64,000 bases of DNA from Octopus vulgaris (Eukaryota): NCBI GenBank assembly GCA_951406725.2, contig OX597817.1:97526001-97590000 (forward strand). Direction: 5' to 3'. Position numbers and translations under genes: made by a program. Positions 53,796 to 64,000 of the stretch are shown here, piece after piece. The notes beneath the pieces were generated by a model, which saw nothing but the letters and a program-made list of their open reading frames with translations, was not told the origin of the DNA and did not search any database. Each line of letters opens with the position of its first letter. The stretch's first letter is position 1.

Positions 53796-55868
53796 AGTGT
53801 CGGCTATAGCCTAGTCACCTCTGGCAGTGTCGGCTATAGCCTAGTCACCCGTATAGTTAACCAGGTGATACACGAAGGAGTCATACCCAATGACTGGTGT
53901 AGCAGCATTACAGTCAACTGCTACAAAGGCAAAGGTGATGCTTTAAATACAAATAATTACAGAGGTATCAAGTTGTTGGATGAGGTAATGAAGGTCACGG
54001 AGAAGTTCATAGCCCAACTAATTAGGGAAAGAATCAGTTTAGATGAGATACAGTTTGGGTTAGTGCCAGGGAAAAGCACCACTGATGCTATATTTCTGAT
54101 AAGACAGCTGCAGGAGAAATATCTAGCCAAAGATAAACCTCTGTACATGGGTTCCGTTGACATGGAGAAAGCTTTTGATCTCTTATCTGGTGGTCAATGA
54201 GGAAACTAGGGATAGATGAATGGTTAGTGAGAGCTGTGCAAGCCATGTACAGGGACACTGTCAGTAAGGTGAGGGTTGGCAATGAGTAAAGAGAAGAATT
54301 CCGGGTAGAGGTAGGCGTCCACCAAGGTCCAGTCCTTAGCCCCCTCCTATTTATCATAGTCCTCCAGGCAATAACAGAGGAATAAAAGACAGGATGCCCC
54401 TGAGAGCTCCTCTATGCTGATGACCTTGCTCTAATTGCTGAGTCACTATCAGAACCAGAGAAGTTTCAGGTGTGGGAACAAGGATTAGAATCGAAGGGCC
54501 TTAGAGTCAACCTTGCTAAAACCAAAGTCCTAATAAGTAGGAAGGTAGGCAAACCACAAACCCCTTCAGGTAGATGGCCCTGCTCGATCTGTAGAAAAGG
54601 TGTTGGTAGAAACTCTATACGATGTACCCAGTGCAAGCTATGGACACATAAGAGGTGCAGCAATGTCAAAGGAAGGCTAACTAAGAAGATAGCTTTTGTA
54701 TGTGGCAGATGCTCTGGTTCAATAAAGACTGAAAATGCGCAGAGACCATCTTCCGCCACATTCCAGGGAGAAAAACTTGAAATAGTTGATAGTTTCCGTT
54801 ACCTAGGTGACCAAGTCAGTAGCGGGGGTGGGTGTGCCGAAAGTGTAACTGCTAGAGTAAGAATAGCCTGGGCAAAGTTTAGAGAGCTCTTACCTCTGCT
54901 GGTGACAAAAGGCCTCTCGCTCAGAGTAAAAGGCAGACTGTATGACGCATGTGTGCGAACAGCCATGCTACATGGCAGTGAAACATGGGCCGTGACTGCT
55001 GAGGATATGCGTAAGCTCACAAGAAATGAAGCCAGTATGCTCCATTGGATGTGTAATGTCAGTGTTCATACTCGACAGAGTGTAAGTGTCTTGAGAGAAA
55101 AGCTGGACCTAAGAAGCATCAGATCTGGTGTGCAAGAGAGGCGTCTACGCTGGTATGGACACGTAGTAAGAATGGATGAAGATAGTTGTGTGAAAAAGTG
55201 CCACACCCTAGCGGTTGAGAGAACCTGTGGAAGAGGTAGACCCAGGAAAACCTGGGACGAGGTGGTGAAGAACGACCTTAGCGCTTTAGGTCTCACCGAG
55301 GAAATGACCAGAGACCGAGACCTTTGGAAGTATGCTGTACGCGAGAAGACCCGGCAGGACACGTGAGGCCATAACCCATGACGTAGTCAATCCACCTGTG
55401 CATACCTTCCTTCTTGGGACACATAACTCTACTTGTGAAGACCTGTTGAGGCAAGTGAAAATCAAATCAAATGAAAATCGCTGAACATCAATGGAATTTG
55501 TATTTTTGGGGTACCAGTGCCGGTGGCACATAAAAAAAACCATCCGAATGTGGCCGTAGCCAGTACCCCATTGACTGGCTTCTGTGCTGTGGGCACATAA
55601 CAAACACCACCCAATCAGGGCCGTGCCAGCCTCGCCTGGCCTCCGTGCCGGTGGCACGTAAAAAACACCATCCGAGCATGGCCGTTTGCCAGCCTCGTCT
55701 GGCACCTGTGTCGGTGGCACAAAAAAACACCATCCGAGCGTGGCCGTTCGCCAGCCTCGTCTGGCACCTGTATCGGTGGCACATAAAAAGCACCCTCTAC
55801 ACTCACGGAGTGGTTGGCGTTAGGAAGGGCATCCAGCTGTAGAAACTCTGCCAGATCTGACTGGCCTG
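53796..55868 (+). mobile_element. 5'-truncated RTE LINE (RT, PHD, 3'UTR without tail)
   Basis: ORF 54470-55366 contains the C4HC3 PHD and the C-terminus; stops and frameshifts upstream; 3'UTR repeats at 55500-55800. Confidence 0.9.
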
Positions 55869-55869
55869 A

Positions 55870-57398
55870 CTTGTCTAGGTTGACTCTCTCTCTAATCAGT
55901 TGGGCTATGACCGTTTCCGTAACCTTCATTACCTGATACAACAGCTTAATACCTCTGTAATTACTTGTATCTTTGTAACAGTTGACTATTATGCTACTAC
56001 ACCAGTCATTGGGTATGACTCCTTCATGTATCACCTGGTTAACTATACGGGTGACTAGGCTATAGCCAACACTGCCAGATATTTTGAGCATCTCAGCAGT
56101 AATTCCTGATGGGCCTGGGGCTTTCCCTGTCTTCATGCTTCCAATTGCCTTAACTACCATGGAACTGTCAACTTGGATAGCTGGTCCCTCTATTGGGTCG
56201 ACATTCGGCAGACTCTCTTTATCCCATTCATTCTCTTTGTTGAGCAACCTTTCATAGTGGCATCTCCAAACCTCTCTCTTTGCATCCTCATTTAGCGCAA
56301 GTGAACCATCGTCCATGCGAACACATTTCTCTCCTACCACATCACGATTCTCTCTCACACACTGTCTTGCAACACGAAGCACCTCAAGTCTTTGGTCCTC
56401 ACGGCGCAGAACATTGGCAAATTTTTTCTTATCTGCTTCTCCTCTAGCTAAATATACCTGTCTCCTAGCTTCTCTTTTCGCAGTCTGATACAATTCCCTA
56501 CTACCGCCTTTCCTCCAGCCCTTCCAAGCCTGTCTCTTGTCTCTAATAGCCCTGTCTACAACATTGTTCCACCACCACGTTACCCTGGGACGAGATGGGA
56601 CTTTGCTCCATCCACAGATCTGGTCAGTCGCTCTCAGCAAATTGTCCCATAGAAACCTCCAGTTGGCTTCCACATTATGTGATGCTATATCCCCTTCTAT
56701 TTCGTCGAAAGTTTCGAGTAGAACTTCTCTAAATCTCTGTCCATTTACAGGATCTTTAAGTTTCCAGACTCTTCTCCTCTGAGCTGGTCTTCTTCTGGGC
56801 AGCCATTTGGCCCTGATCCTGAAGTCGCTAACTACTAATCTATGTTGAGGAGTACATTCCTCGCCTGGGAAGGGTTTGGCATTTATAAGCAGCCCTCTTT
56901 CCTCTTTCTGGCGAGGATGTAGTCGATCTGGCTAGTGTGTCTGCCAGAACGGTAGGTGACTAGGTGAGAGGTGGGTTTCCTGAAGCTGGTATTGCAAATC
57001 ATAAGGTCATTTGCATCGCAGAACTCCAGCAGCCTGGTTCCCTCCTCATAGCAAAAAACAAAACCGTAGCCCCCGTGTATGCCATGGAAGCCCCCGACAT
57101 GCCATCCAACATGTCCATTGAAGTCACCTGCCACAAAGAGAAGGTCACTGTCATTTGTCAACGAGGTAGTCTGTAATAGGGTGTCATAGAATCTGTCCTT
57201 CTGATAGCCCCGGCTGAGGGGCATATGCCGAGATAATGGTTGCTGACCTATGATAAAGCACTAGTCTAATCTTAAGTATTCTGTCACATACTATGACTAC
57301 CTCGACTACCTTATCAACCCATTTCTCTGCAAGAAGTATACCCACGCCCCCAACCCCGTCAGTGTTCCCTGCCCAGAAAATCTTGTACCTGTGTTCCA
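55870..57398 (-). mobile_element. RTE LINE internal fragment (EN to RT start)
   Basis: HRYKIFWAGNTDGVGGVG, GDFNGHVG, KAPGPSGITAEML; truncated at both ends. Confidence 0.9.
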
Positions 57399-57444
57399 TG
57401 TATGTATGTATGTATGTATATATATGTATATGTAAGTATGTATG

Positions 57445-57491
<47 letters not shown>

Positions 57492-57666
57492 ATATATATA
57501 ATAGTTATCGCCATACTAATATGGCATTCTTAAAAATAAGAATAAAGCTGTCGCTGATTAGCTCCATGAAGCCATCGCCTCAAGCTAGCTACTTGACACA
57601 CAAACTGCGTCCGTTATTAAACCTTCGAACAGGGGAGGTCAGCCGCTTCAACCTGCTAGTCCGACA

Positions 57667-57709
57667 GCTACAGACATGTTTCAGGGTTGTTGCCCCTTCT
57701 CAATGCAGC
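57667..57709 (-). ncRNA. Minimal type I hammerhead ribozyme, U3-A8 core variant
   Basis: Minus strand GCUGCA-UUGAGAA-GGGG-caacaa-CCCU-GAAA-CAUG-UC^UGUAGC: stems I and II pair, palindromic loop III. Confidence 0.75.
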
Positions 57710-58013
57710 GTAGTCAGACCTGCAGGTGTCGCTACTGACTGTCTCCGTTCGAAGATTCTATTTACCTAGTTACGGTGGAATACATCCACTTGTTTTCAAT
57801 AATAGAAATATTAAAATTACTAAGTCACTTTAAACGAGATTATGAAAGCGTTTCTGGAAATTAATAGTTATCGCCATACTAATATGGCATTCTTAAAAAT
57901 AAGAATAAAGCTGTCCGCTTATTAGCTCCATGATTAGTATGGCGATAACTATTAATTTCAGAAACGCTGTCGTAATATCTTTTAAAGAGATTAGTAATTT
58001 TAATATTTCTATT

Positions 58014-58032
58014 ATATATATTAATATATATA

Positions 58033-58081
<49 letters not shown>

Positions 58082-58290
58082 ATATATTTATATATATTTA
58101 AATATATATATTTGTATATATATATATTTGTATATATATATTTGTATATATATATATTTGTATATATATATTTGTATATATATATATATGTATATATATA
58201 TTTGTATATATATATATGTTTAGATATATATTTGTATATATATATATTTGTATATATATATATTTGTATATATATAATAGAAATATTAAT
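58014..58290. repeat. (TA)n-rich microsatellite; other tracts at 57400-57500, 58780-58967, 17237-17280, 11810-11842
   Basis: Direct inspection. Confidence 0.95.
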
Positions 58291-58566
58291 TATATATGGA
58301 TACAGTTTGTGTATCAAATAGCTAACTTAAGGCGATGGCCTCATGGAGCTAATAAGCGGACAGCTTTTTTCTTATTTTTATAAGAATGCCATATTAGTAT
58401 GGCGATAACTATTATTTTCCGGGAACGCTGCCGCTGTTCTCTTTTAGAGAGACTTAGTAATTTTAATATTTCTATTATTGAAAACAAGTGGATGTATTCC
58501 ACCGAAACTAGGTAAATAAAACCATCGAACAGAGATTGTCGGAAGCGACACCTACTGGCTGGGTAC

Positions 58567-58608
58567 GCTGCATTGAAAAGGGGCAATACCCCGAAACGCA
58601 TCTGTAGC
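58567..58608 (+). ncRNA. Minimal type I hammerhead ribozyme, U3-A8 core variant
   Basis: GCUGCA-UUGAAAA-GGGG-caaua-CCCC-GAAA-CGCA-UC^UGUAGC; predicted cleavage after 58602. Confidence 0.72.
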
Positions 58609-58898
58609 TGCCGGTCAAGTAGTGTGGAGCGACTGACCTCCCTTGTTCGAAGGTTATATGGATACAGTTTGTGTATCAAATAGCTAACTTAAGGCGATGG
58701 CCTCATGGAGCTAATAAGCGGACAGCTTTTTTCTTATTTTTATAAGAATGCCATATTAGTATGGCGATAACTATTATTTTGTATATATATATATTTGTAT
58801 ATATATATATTTATATATATATATTATATATATATATATATATATACGTGTATATATATATATACGTGTAAATATATATATGGGTATATATATATATT

Positions 58899-58967
<69 letters not shown>

Positions 58968-58970
<3 letters not shown>

Positions 58971-60414
58971 GCTACACCTTCAGAGAAAACACAGACTTCC
59001 AAAAATGGCCAGCTAAGTCAATTTCATCCTGCTCTTTTCATATTTTTAAGCGTTTTGTTTGGATAGCTTGATCTGTTCTCCCTTCGTTCCCCTATTCTCT
59101 AAACATGGCGACTTCATGCATTGCATTTTTAAAGTTTATTTTCCTTCAGGGCCATCTTCGATGTTTATCCATTCTCCTCCGAAATATGCCCCCTCGTCTC
59201 TTACCGTATCTTTTTTCATTATTTATCTATTCTCATTCTCTACCGTATTTTTTTCATTATTTATCTATTTCCATTCTCTACCGTATTTTTATTATTTATC
59301 TATTTTCATTCTCTCTCTGGCTTTCATTCAGTCATTTATCTAATTAATTATTTTTCCCCCTCAAATATAGTATTCAAACTAGTTGCTTCAATTCTCTCTC
59401 TCTCTCTCTCTCTCTCGTGTTTCCGTCCCCTTCCCTAATTCCCTTATAAAAGCCAGCGTGCGATCGTATCTGATCCCTATTCACTCGCTACACCTTCAGA
59501 GAAAACACAGACTTCCAAAAATGGCCAGCTAAGTCAATTTCATCCTGCTCTTTTCATATTTTTAAGCGTTTTGTTTGGATAGCTTGATCTGTTCTCCCTT
59601 CGTTCCCCTATTCTCTAAACATGGCGACTTCATGCATTGCATTTTTAAAGTTTATTTTCCTTCAGGGCCATCTTCGATGTTTATCCATTCTCCTCCGAAA
59701 TATGCCCCCTCGTCTCTTACCGTATCTTTTTCATTATTTATCTATTCTCATTCTCTACCGTATTTTTTTCATTATTTATCTATTTCCATTCTCTACCGTA
59801 TTTTTTATTATTTATCTATTTTCATTCTCTCTCTGGCTTTCATTCAGTCATTTATCTAATTAATTATTTTTCCCCCTCAAATATAGTATTCAAACTAGTT
59901 GCTTCGATTCTCTCTCTCTCTCGTGTTTCCGTCCCCTTCCCTAATTCCCTTATAAAAGCCAGCGTGCGATCGTATCTGATCCCTATTCACTCGCTACACC
60001 TTCAGAGAAAACACAGACTTCCAAAAATGGCCAGCTAAGTCAATTTCATCCTGCTCTTTTCATATTTTTAAGCGTTTTGTTTGGATAGCTTGATCTGTTC
60101 TCCCTTCGTTCCCCTATTCTCTAAACATGGCGACTTCATGCATTGCATTTTTAAAGTTTATTTTCCTTCAGGGCCATCTTCGATGTTTATCCATTCTCCT
60201 CCGAAATATGCCCCCTCGTCTCTTACCGTATCTTTTTCATTATTTATCTATTCTCATTCTCTACTGTATTTTTTTCATTATTTATCTATTTCCATTCTCT
60301 ACCGTATTTTTTATTATTTATCTATTTTCATTCTCTCTCTGGCTTTCATTCAGTCATTTATCTAATTAATTATTTTTCCCCCTCAAATATAGTATTCAAA
60401 CTAGTTGCTTCGAT

Positions 60415-60445
<31 letters not shown>

Positions 60446-60934
60446 TTTCCGTCCCCTTCCCTAATTCCCTTATAAAAGCCAGCGTGCGATCGTATCTGAT
60501 CCCTATTCACTCGCTACACCTTCAGAGAAAACACAGACTTCCAAAAATGGCCAGCTAAGTCAATTTCATCCTGCCCTTTTCATATTTTTAAGCGTTTTGT
60601 TTGGATAGCTTGATCTGTTCTCCCTTCGTTCCCCTATTCTCTAAACATGGCGACTTCATGCATTGCATTTTTAAAGTTTATTTTCCTTCAGGGCCATCTT
60701 CGATGTTTATCCATTCTCCTCCGAAATATGCCCCCTCGTCTCTTACCGTATCTTTTTCATTATTTATCTATTCTCATTCTCTACCGTATTTTTTTCATTA
60801 TTTATCTATTTCCATTCTCTACCGTATTTTTTATTATTTATCTATTTTCATTCTCTCTCTGGCTTTCATTCAGTCATTTATCTAATTAATTATTTTTCCC
60901 CCTCAAATATAGTATTCAAACTAGTTGCTTCGAT

Positions 60935-60965
<31 letters not shown>

Positions 60966-61419
60966 TTTCCGTCCCCTTCCCTAATTCCCTTATAAAAGCC
61001 AGCGTGCGATCGTATCTGATCCCTATTCACTCGCTACACCTTCAGAGAAAACACAGACTTCCAAAAATGGCCAGCTAAGTCAATTTCATCCTGCTCTTTT
61101 CATATTTTTAAGCGTTTTGTTTGGATAGCTTGATCTGTTCTCCCTTCGTTCCCCTATTCTCTAAACATGGCGACTTCATGCATTGCATTTTTAAAGTTTA
61201 TTTTCCTTCAGGGCCATCTTCGATGTTTATCCATTCTCCTCCGAAATATGCCCCCTCGTCTCTTACCGTATCTTTTTCATTATTTATCTATTCTCATTCT
61301 CTACCGTATTTTTTTCATTATTTATCTATTTTCATTCTCTCTCTGGCTTTCATTCAGTCATTTATCTAATTAATTATTTTTCCCCCTCAAATATAGTATT
61401 CAAACTAGTTGCTTCGATT
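58968..61419 (+). repeat. Tandem array of ~506-520-bp monomers (4 full plus 1 partial), probably the 5' promoter array of the adjacent RTE
   Basis: Units start at 58968, 59484, 59990, 60510 and 61030. They are near identical except for (CT)n length. Each full unit ends in (CT)n...TATAAAA...TATTCACTC. Confidence 0.9.
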
Positions 61420-61569
61420 TTGTCGCCCGCCCTCCCACCACCAATACCGGAAGTTTCTACCCTAATACCGGAAACTACCCCCTCCCCCACTAGCACCTAT
61501 GTAGGGTTTATCTGAACATATAGCGCAAAAATTGTGAAAAGTATGCAGGTTGTAGTCTAGAGTTTCCAT

Positions 61570-64000
61570 ATGAAATCTGCCAAATGCAAGCTTTCTTTTC
61601 AGGTACATGACACTGCTGTCCCTCGTCCCAGGGTCTCTGATGCCCACACCTCCCAAACCCTCAGAGTTGGCACGCTCAACGTTGGCACATTGAAAGGTAG
61701 GTCTGGAGAGATTGTAGAGCTGCTTGAACGGAGACGTGTGGATGTATGCTGTATCCAGGAAGTAAGGTGGAGAGGAGGTTCTGCTAGGCTCCTCACGGGC
61801 AAGGAACACAGGTACAAGATTTTCTGGGCAGGGAACATTGACGGTGTCGGGGGCGTGGGTATACTTCTTGCGGAGAAATGGATAGGTAAGGTAATCGAGG
61901 TAGTCAGAATAAGTGACAGAGTAATTAAAATTAGATTAGTTCTTCACCATAGGACAGCTACCATCATCTCGGCATATGCCCCTCAACCAGGGCTACCGGA
62001 AGGACAAAAAGACCAATTCTATGACACCCTATTGCGGACTACCTCATTGACAAATGACAGTGACCTTCTCTTCGTGGCAGGTGATTTCAATGGACATGTT
62101 GGACGACATGTCAGGGGCTTCCATGGCATCCATGGAGGCCACGGTTTTGGCTCTCGAAATGAGGAGGGAACCAGGCTGCTGGAGTTCTGCGATGCAAATG
62201 ACCTTATGGTCTGCAATACCCACTTCAGGAAACCCACCTCTCACCTAGTCACCTACCGTTCTGGCAGACACACCAGCCAGATTGACTACATCCTTGCCAG
62301 AAAAAGGGAAAGAGGGCTGATTATAAATGCCAAAACCTTCCCAGGCGAAGAATGTACTCCCCAACATAGATTAGTAGTTAGCGACTTCAGGATCAGAGCT
62401 AAATGGTCGCCCAGAAGAAGACCAGCTTGGAGGAGAAGGGTCTGGAAGCTTAAAGATCCTGCAAATGCACAGAGATTTAGAGACATACTACTCGAAGCCT
62501 CTGACGAAATAGAAGGGGATATAGCTTCACTTAATGTGGAAGACAACTGGAGATTCCTACGGGACAATCTGCTGACAGCCACTGACCAGATCTGTGGATG
62601 GAGCAAAGTACCATCTCGACCCAGAGTAACATGGTGGTGGAACACGGTGGTTGACGGGGCTATTAGACAAAAGAGACAGGCTTGGAAGGACTGGAAGAAC
62701 GGTGGTAGCAGGGAATTGTATCAGACAGCCAAAAGGGAAGCTAGGAGACAGGTTTATATAGCCAGAGGGGAAGCGGATAAGAAAAAATTTGCCAATGTTC
62801 TGAGCCGTGAGGATGAAAGACTTGAGGTATTTCGTGTTGCAAGACAGTGTGTGAGAGAGAATCGTGATGTGGTAGGAGAGAAGTGTGTTCGCATGGATGA
62901 TGGTTCACTTGCGCTAAATGAGGATGCAAAGAGAGAGGTTTGGAGATGCCACTATGAAAGTTTGCTGAATAAAGAAAATGAATGGGATAAAGAGAGTCTG
63001 CCAAATGTTGACCCAACAGAGGGACCAGCTATCCGAGTTGATAGTTCCGTGGTAGCTAAGGCAATTAGAAGCATGAAGACAGGGAAAGCCCCAGGCCCAT
63101 CAGGAATTACTGCAGAGATGCTCAAAATATCTGGCAGTGTCGGCTATAACCTAGTCACCCGTATAGTCAACCAGGTGATACACGAAGGAGTCATACCCAA
63201 TGACTGGTGTAGCAGCATACTAGTCAACTGCTACAAAGGTAAAGGTGATGCCCTGGATACAAATAATTACAGAGGTATCAAGCTGTTGGATCAGGTAATG
63301 AAGGTTACGGAGAGGGTCATAGCCCAACTAATTAGAGAGAGAGTTAGTTTAGATGAGATGCAGTTTGGGTTTGTCCCAGGGAAAAGCACCACTGATGCTA
63401 TATTCCTGGTAAGGCAGCTGCAGGAGAAATACCTAGCCAAGGATAAGCCCCTGTACCTGGCTTTTGTTGACATGGAGAAAGCCTTTGATAGGGTCCCCCG
63501 ATCCCTCATCTGGTGGTCAATGAGGAAACTAGGGATAGATGAATGGCTGGTGAGGGCTGTGCAAGCCATGTACAGAGATGCCGTAAGTAAGGTTAGAGTT
63601 GGCAACATGTACACAGAAGAATTCAAAGTAGAGGTTGGGGTCCACCAGGGTTCAGTACTCAGCCCCCTCCTATTTATCATAGTCCTCCAGGCAATAACGG
63701 AGGAATTCAAGACAGGTTGCCCCTGGGAGCTCCTCTATGCTGACGACCTCGCTCTAATCGCTGAGTCACTATCAGAACTGGAGGAGAAGTTCCAGGTGTG
63801 GAAGGAGGGTTTAGAATCGAGGGGCCTTAGAGTCAACCTAGCTAAAACCAAAGTACTAATAAGTAGAAAGGTAGAAAACCCACAAATATCATCAGGAAGA
63901 TGGCCCTGCTCGATCTGTAGAAAAGGTGTAGGTAGAAACTCTATAAGATGTACCCAGTGTAAGCTATGGACACATAAGAGGTGCAGCAATGTCAAAGGTA
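61570..64000 (+). CDS. RTE-clade LINE ORF: APE endonuclease, reverse transcriptase and PHD finger; uninterrupted, runs off the window
   Basis: Hand translation from ATG 61570 gives 810 codons with no stop: TLNVGTL, CIQEVRW, GDFNGHVG, QIDYIL, KAPGPSG, FVDMEKAFD, GVHQGSVLSP, LYADDL, CSIC...CTQC...HKRC. Confidence 0.93.
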   Translation, partial: MKSAKCKLSFQVHDTAVPRPRVSDAHTSQTLRVGTLNVGTLKGRSGEIVELLERRRVDVCCIQEVRWRGGSARLLTGKEHRYKIFWAGNIDGVGGVGILLAEKWIGKVIEVVRISDRVIKIRLVLHHRTATIISAYAPQPGLPEGQKDQFYDTLLRTTSLTNDSDLLFVAGDFNGHVGRHVRGFHGIHGGHGFGSRNEEGTRLLEFCDANDLMVCNTHFRKPTSHLVTYRSGRHTSQIDYILARKRERGLIINAKTFPGEECTPQHRLVVSDFRIRAKWSPRRRPAWRRRVWKLKDPANAQRFRDILLEASDEIEGDIASLNVEDNWRFLRDNLLTATDQICGWSKVPSRPRVTWWWNTVVDGAIRQKRQAWKDWKNGGSRELYQTAKREARRQVYIARGEADKKKFANVLSREDERLEVFRVARQCVRENRDVVGEKCVRMDDGSLALNEDAKREVWRCHYESLLNKENEWDKESLPNVDPTEGPAIRVDSSVVAKAIRSMKTGKAPGPSGITAEMLKISGSVGYNLVTRIVNQVIHEGVIPNDWCSSILVNCYKGKGDALDTNNYRGIKLLDQVMKVTERVIAQLIRERVSLDEMQFGFVPGKSTTDAIFLVRQLQEKYLAKDKPLYLAFVDMEKAFDRVPRSLIWWSMRKLGIDEWLVRAVQAMYRDAVSKVRVGNMYTEEFKVEVGVHQGSVLSPLLFIIVLQAITEEFKTGCPWELLYADDLALIAESLSELEEKFQVWKEGLESRGLRVNLAKTKVLISRKVENPQISSGRWPCSICRKGVGRNSIRCTQCKLWTHKRCSNVKG

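Larger units (their letters stand above)
57501..58778. mobile_element. Retrozyme/Penelope pseudo-LTR-like ~362-bp repeats, with tandem overlaps, in inverted arrangement
   Basis: Minus-sense copy 57501-57933 (period 363); short inverted piece 57934-58013; plus-sense copy 58293-58778 (period 362); embedded in (TA)n; each long copy has a hammerhead fold. Confidence 0.7.

Noticed and set aside
55615-56673. 352-aa ORF, the longest in the track
   Set aside because: Chimeric read-through from a minus-strand RTE fragment into the antisense 3'UTR of a neighbouring RTE at the ~55869 junction; not a gene.
57930-59071. Ile/Tyr-rich ORFs
   Set aside because: Translations of (TA)n microsatellite.
59059-61373. 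Repeated 68-94 aa hydrophobic ORFs in the tandem array
   Set aside because: They arise from pyrimidine-rich sub-repeats, frames shift between units, and no domain is recognisable.
58968-61570. HDV-like or hammerhead ribozyme in the RTE leader, or a CRISPR-like array
   Set aside because: No complementary P1 strand for GGCCAGC and no hammerhead core found by eye. The units have no unique spacers and the DNA is eukaryotic.

Overview
AT-rich, repeat-dense eukaryotic DNA; the SINE and LINE families look like those of an octopus or other cephalopod (inferred). Two intron-rich host genes lie on the minus strand. The first is UFL1 (E3 UFM1 ligase): coding exons 1-5 at 30503-30430, 21657-21512, 20115-19989, 17809-17695 and 3149-3019, continuing left of the window. 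The second is the last four coding exons of a PAF-acetylhydrolase (PLA2G7/PAFAH2 family; 50514-50423, 49435-49265, 48167-48019, 42893-42796) with an intact Ser-Asp-His triad. The rest is mostly transposons: RTE LINEs, CR1-like, Dong/R4, Penelope, Gypsy, piggyBac, Merlin, hAT, mariner, MITEs and SINEs. Highlights: (1) at 57.5-58.8 kb, two diverged ~362-bp retrozyme-like monomers in opposite orientation, each with a minimal type I hammerhead ribozyme fold carrying a compensatory U3-A8 core in place of C3-G8; (2) an RTE LINE with an uninterrupted ORF of at least 810 codons (missed by the ORF track), a PHD finger inside the RT, and a 5' array of ~4.8 near-identical ~515-bp TATA-containing monomers; (3) a near-perfect ~125-bp-arm hairpin beside the last PAF-AH exon.
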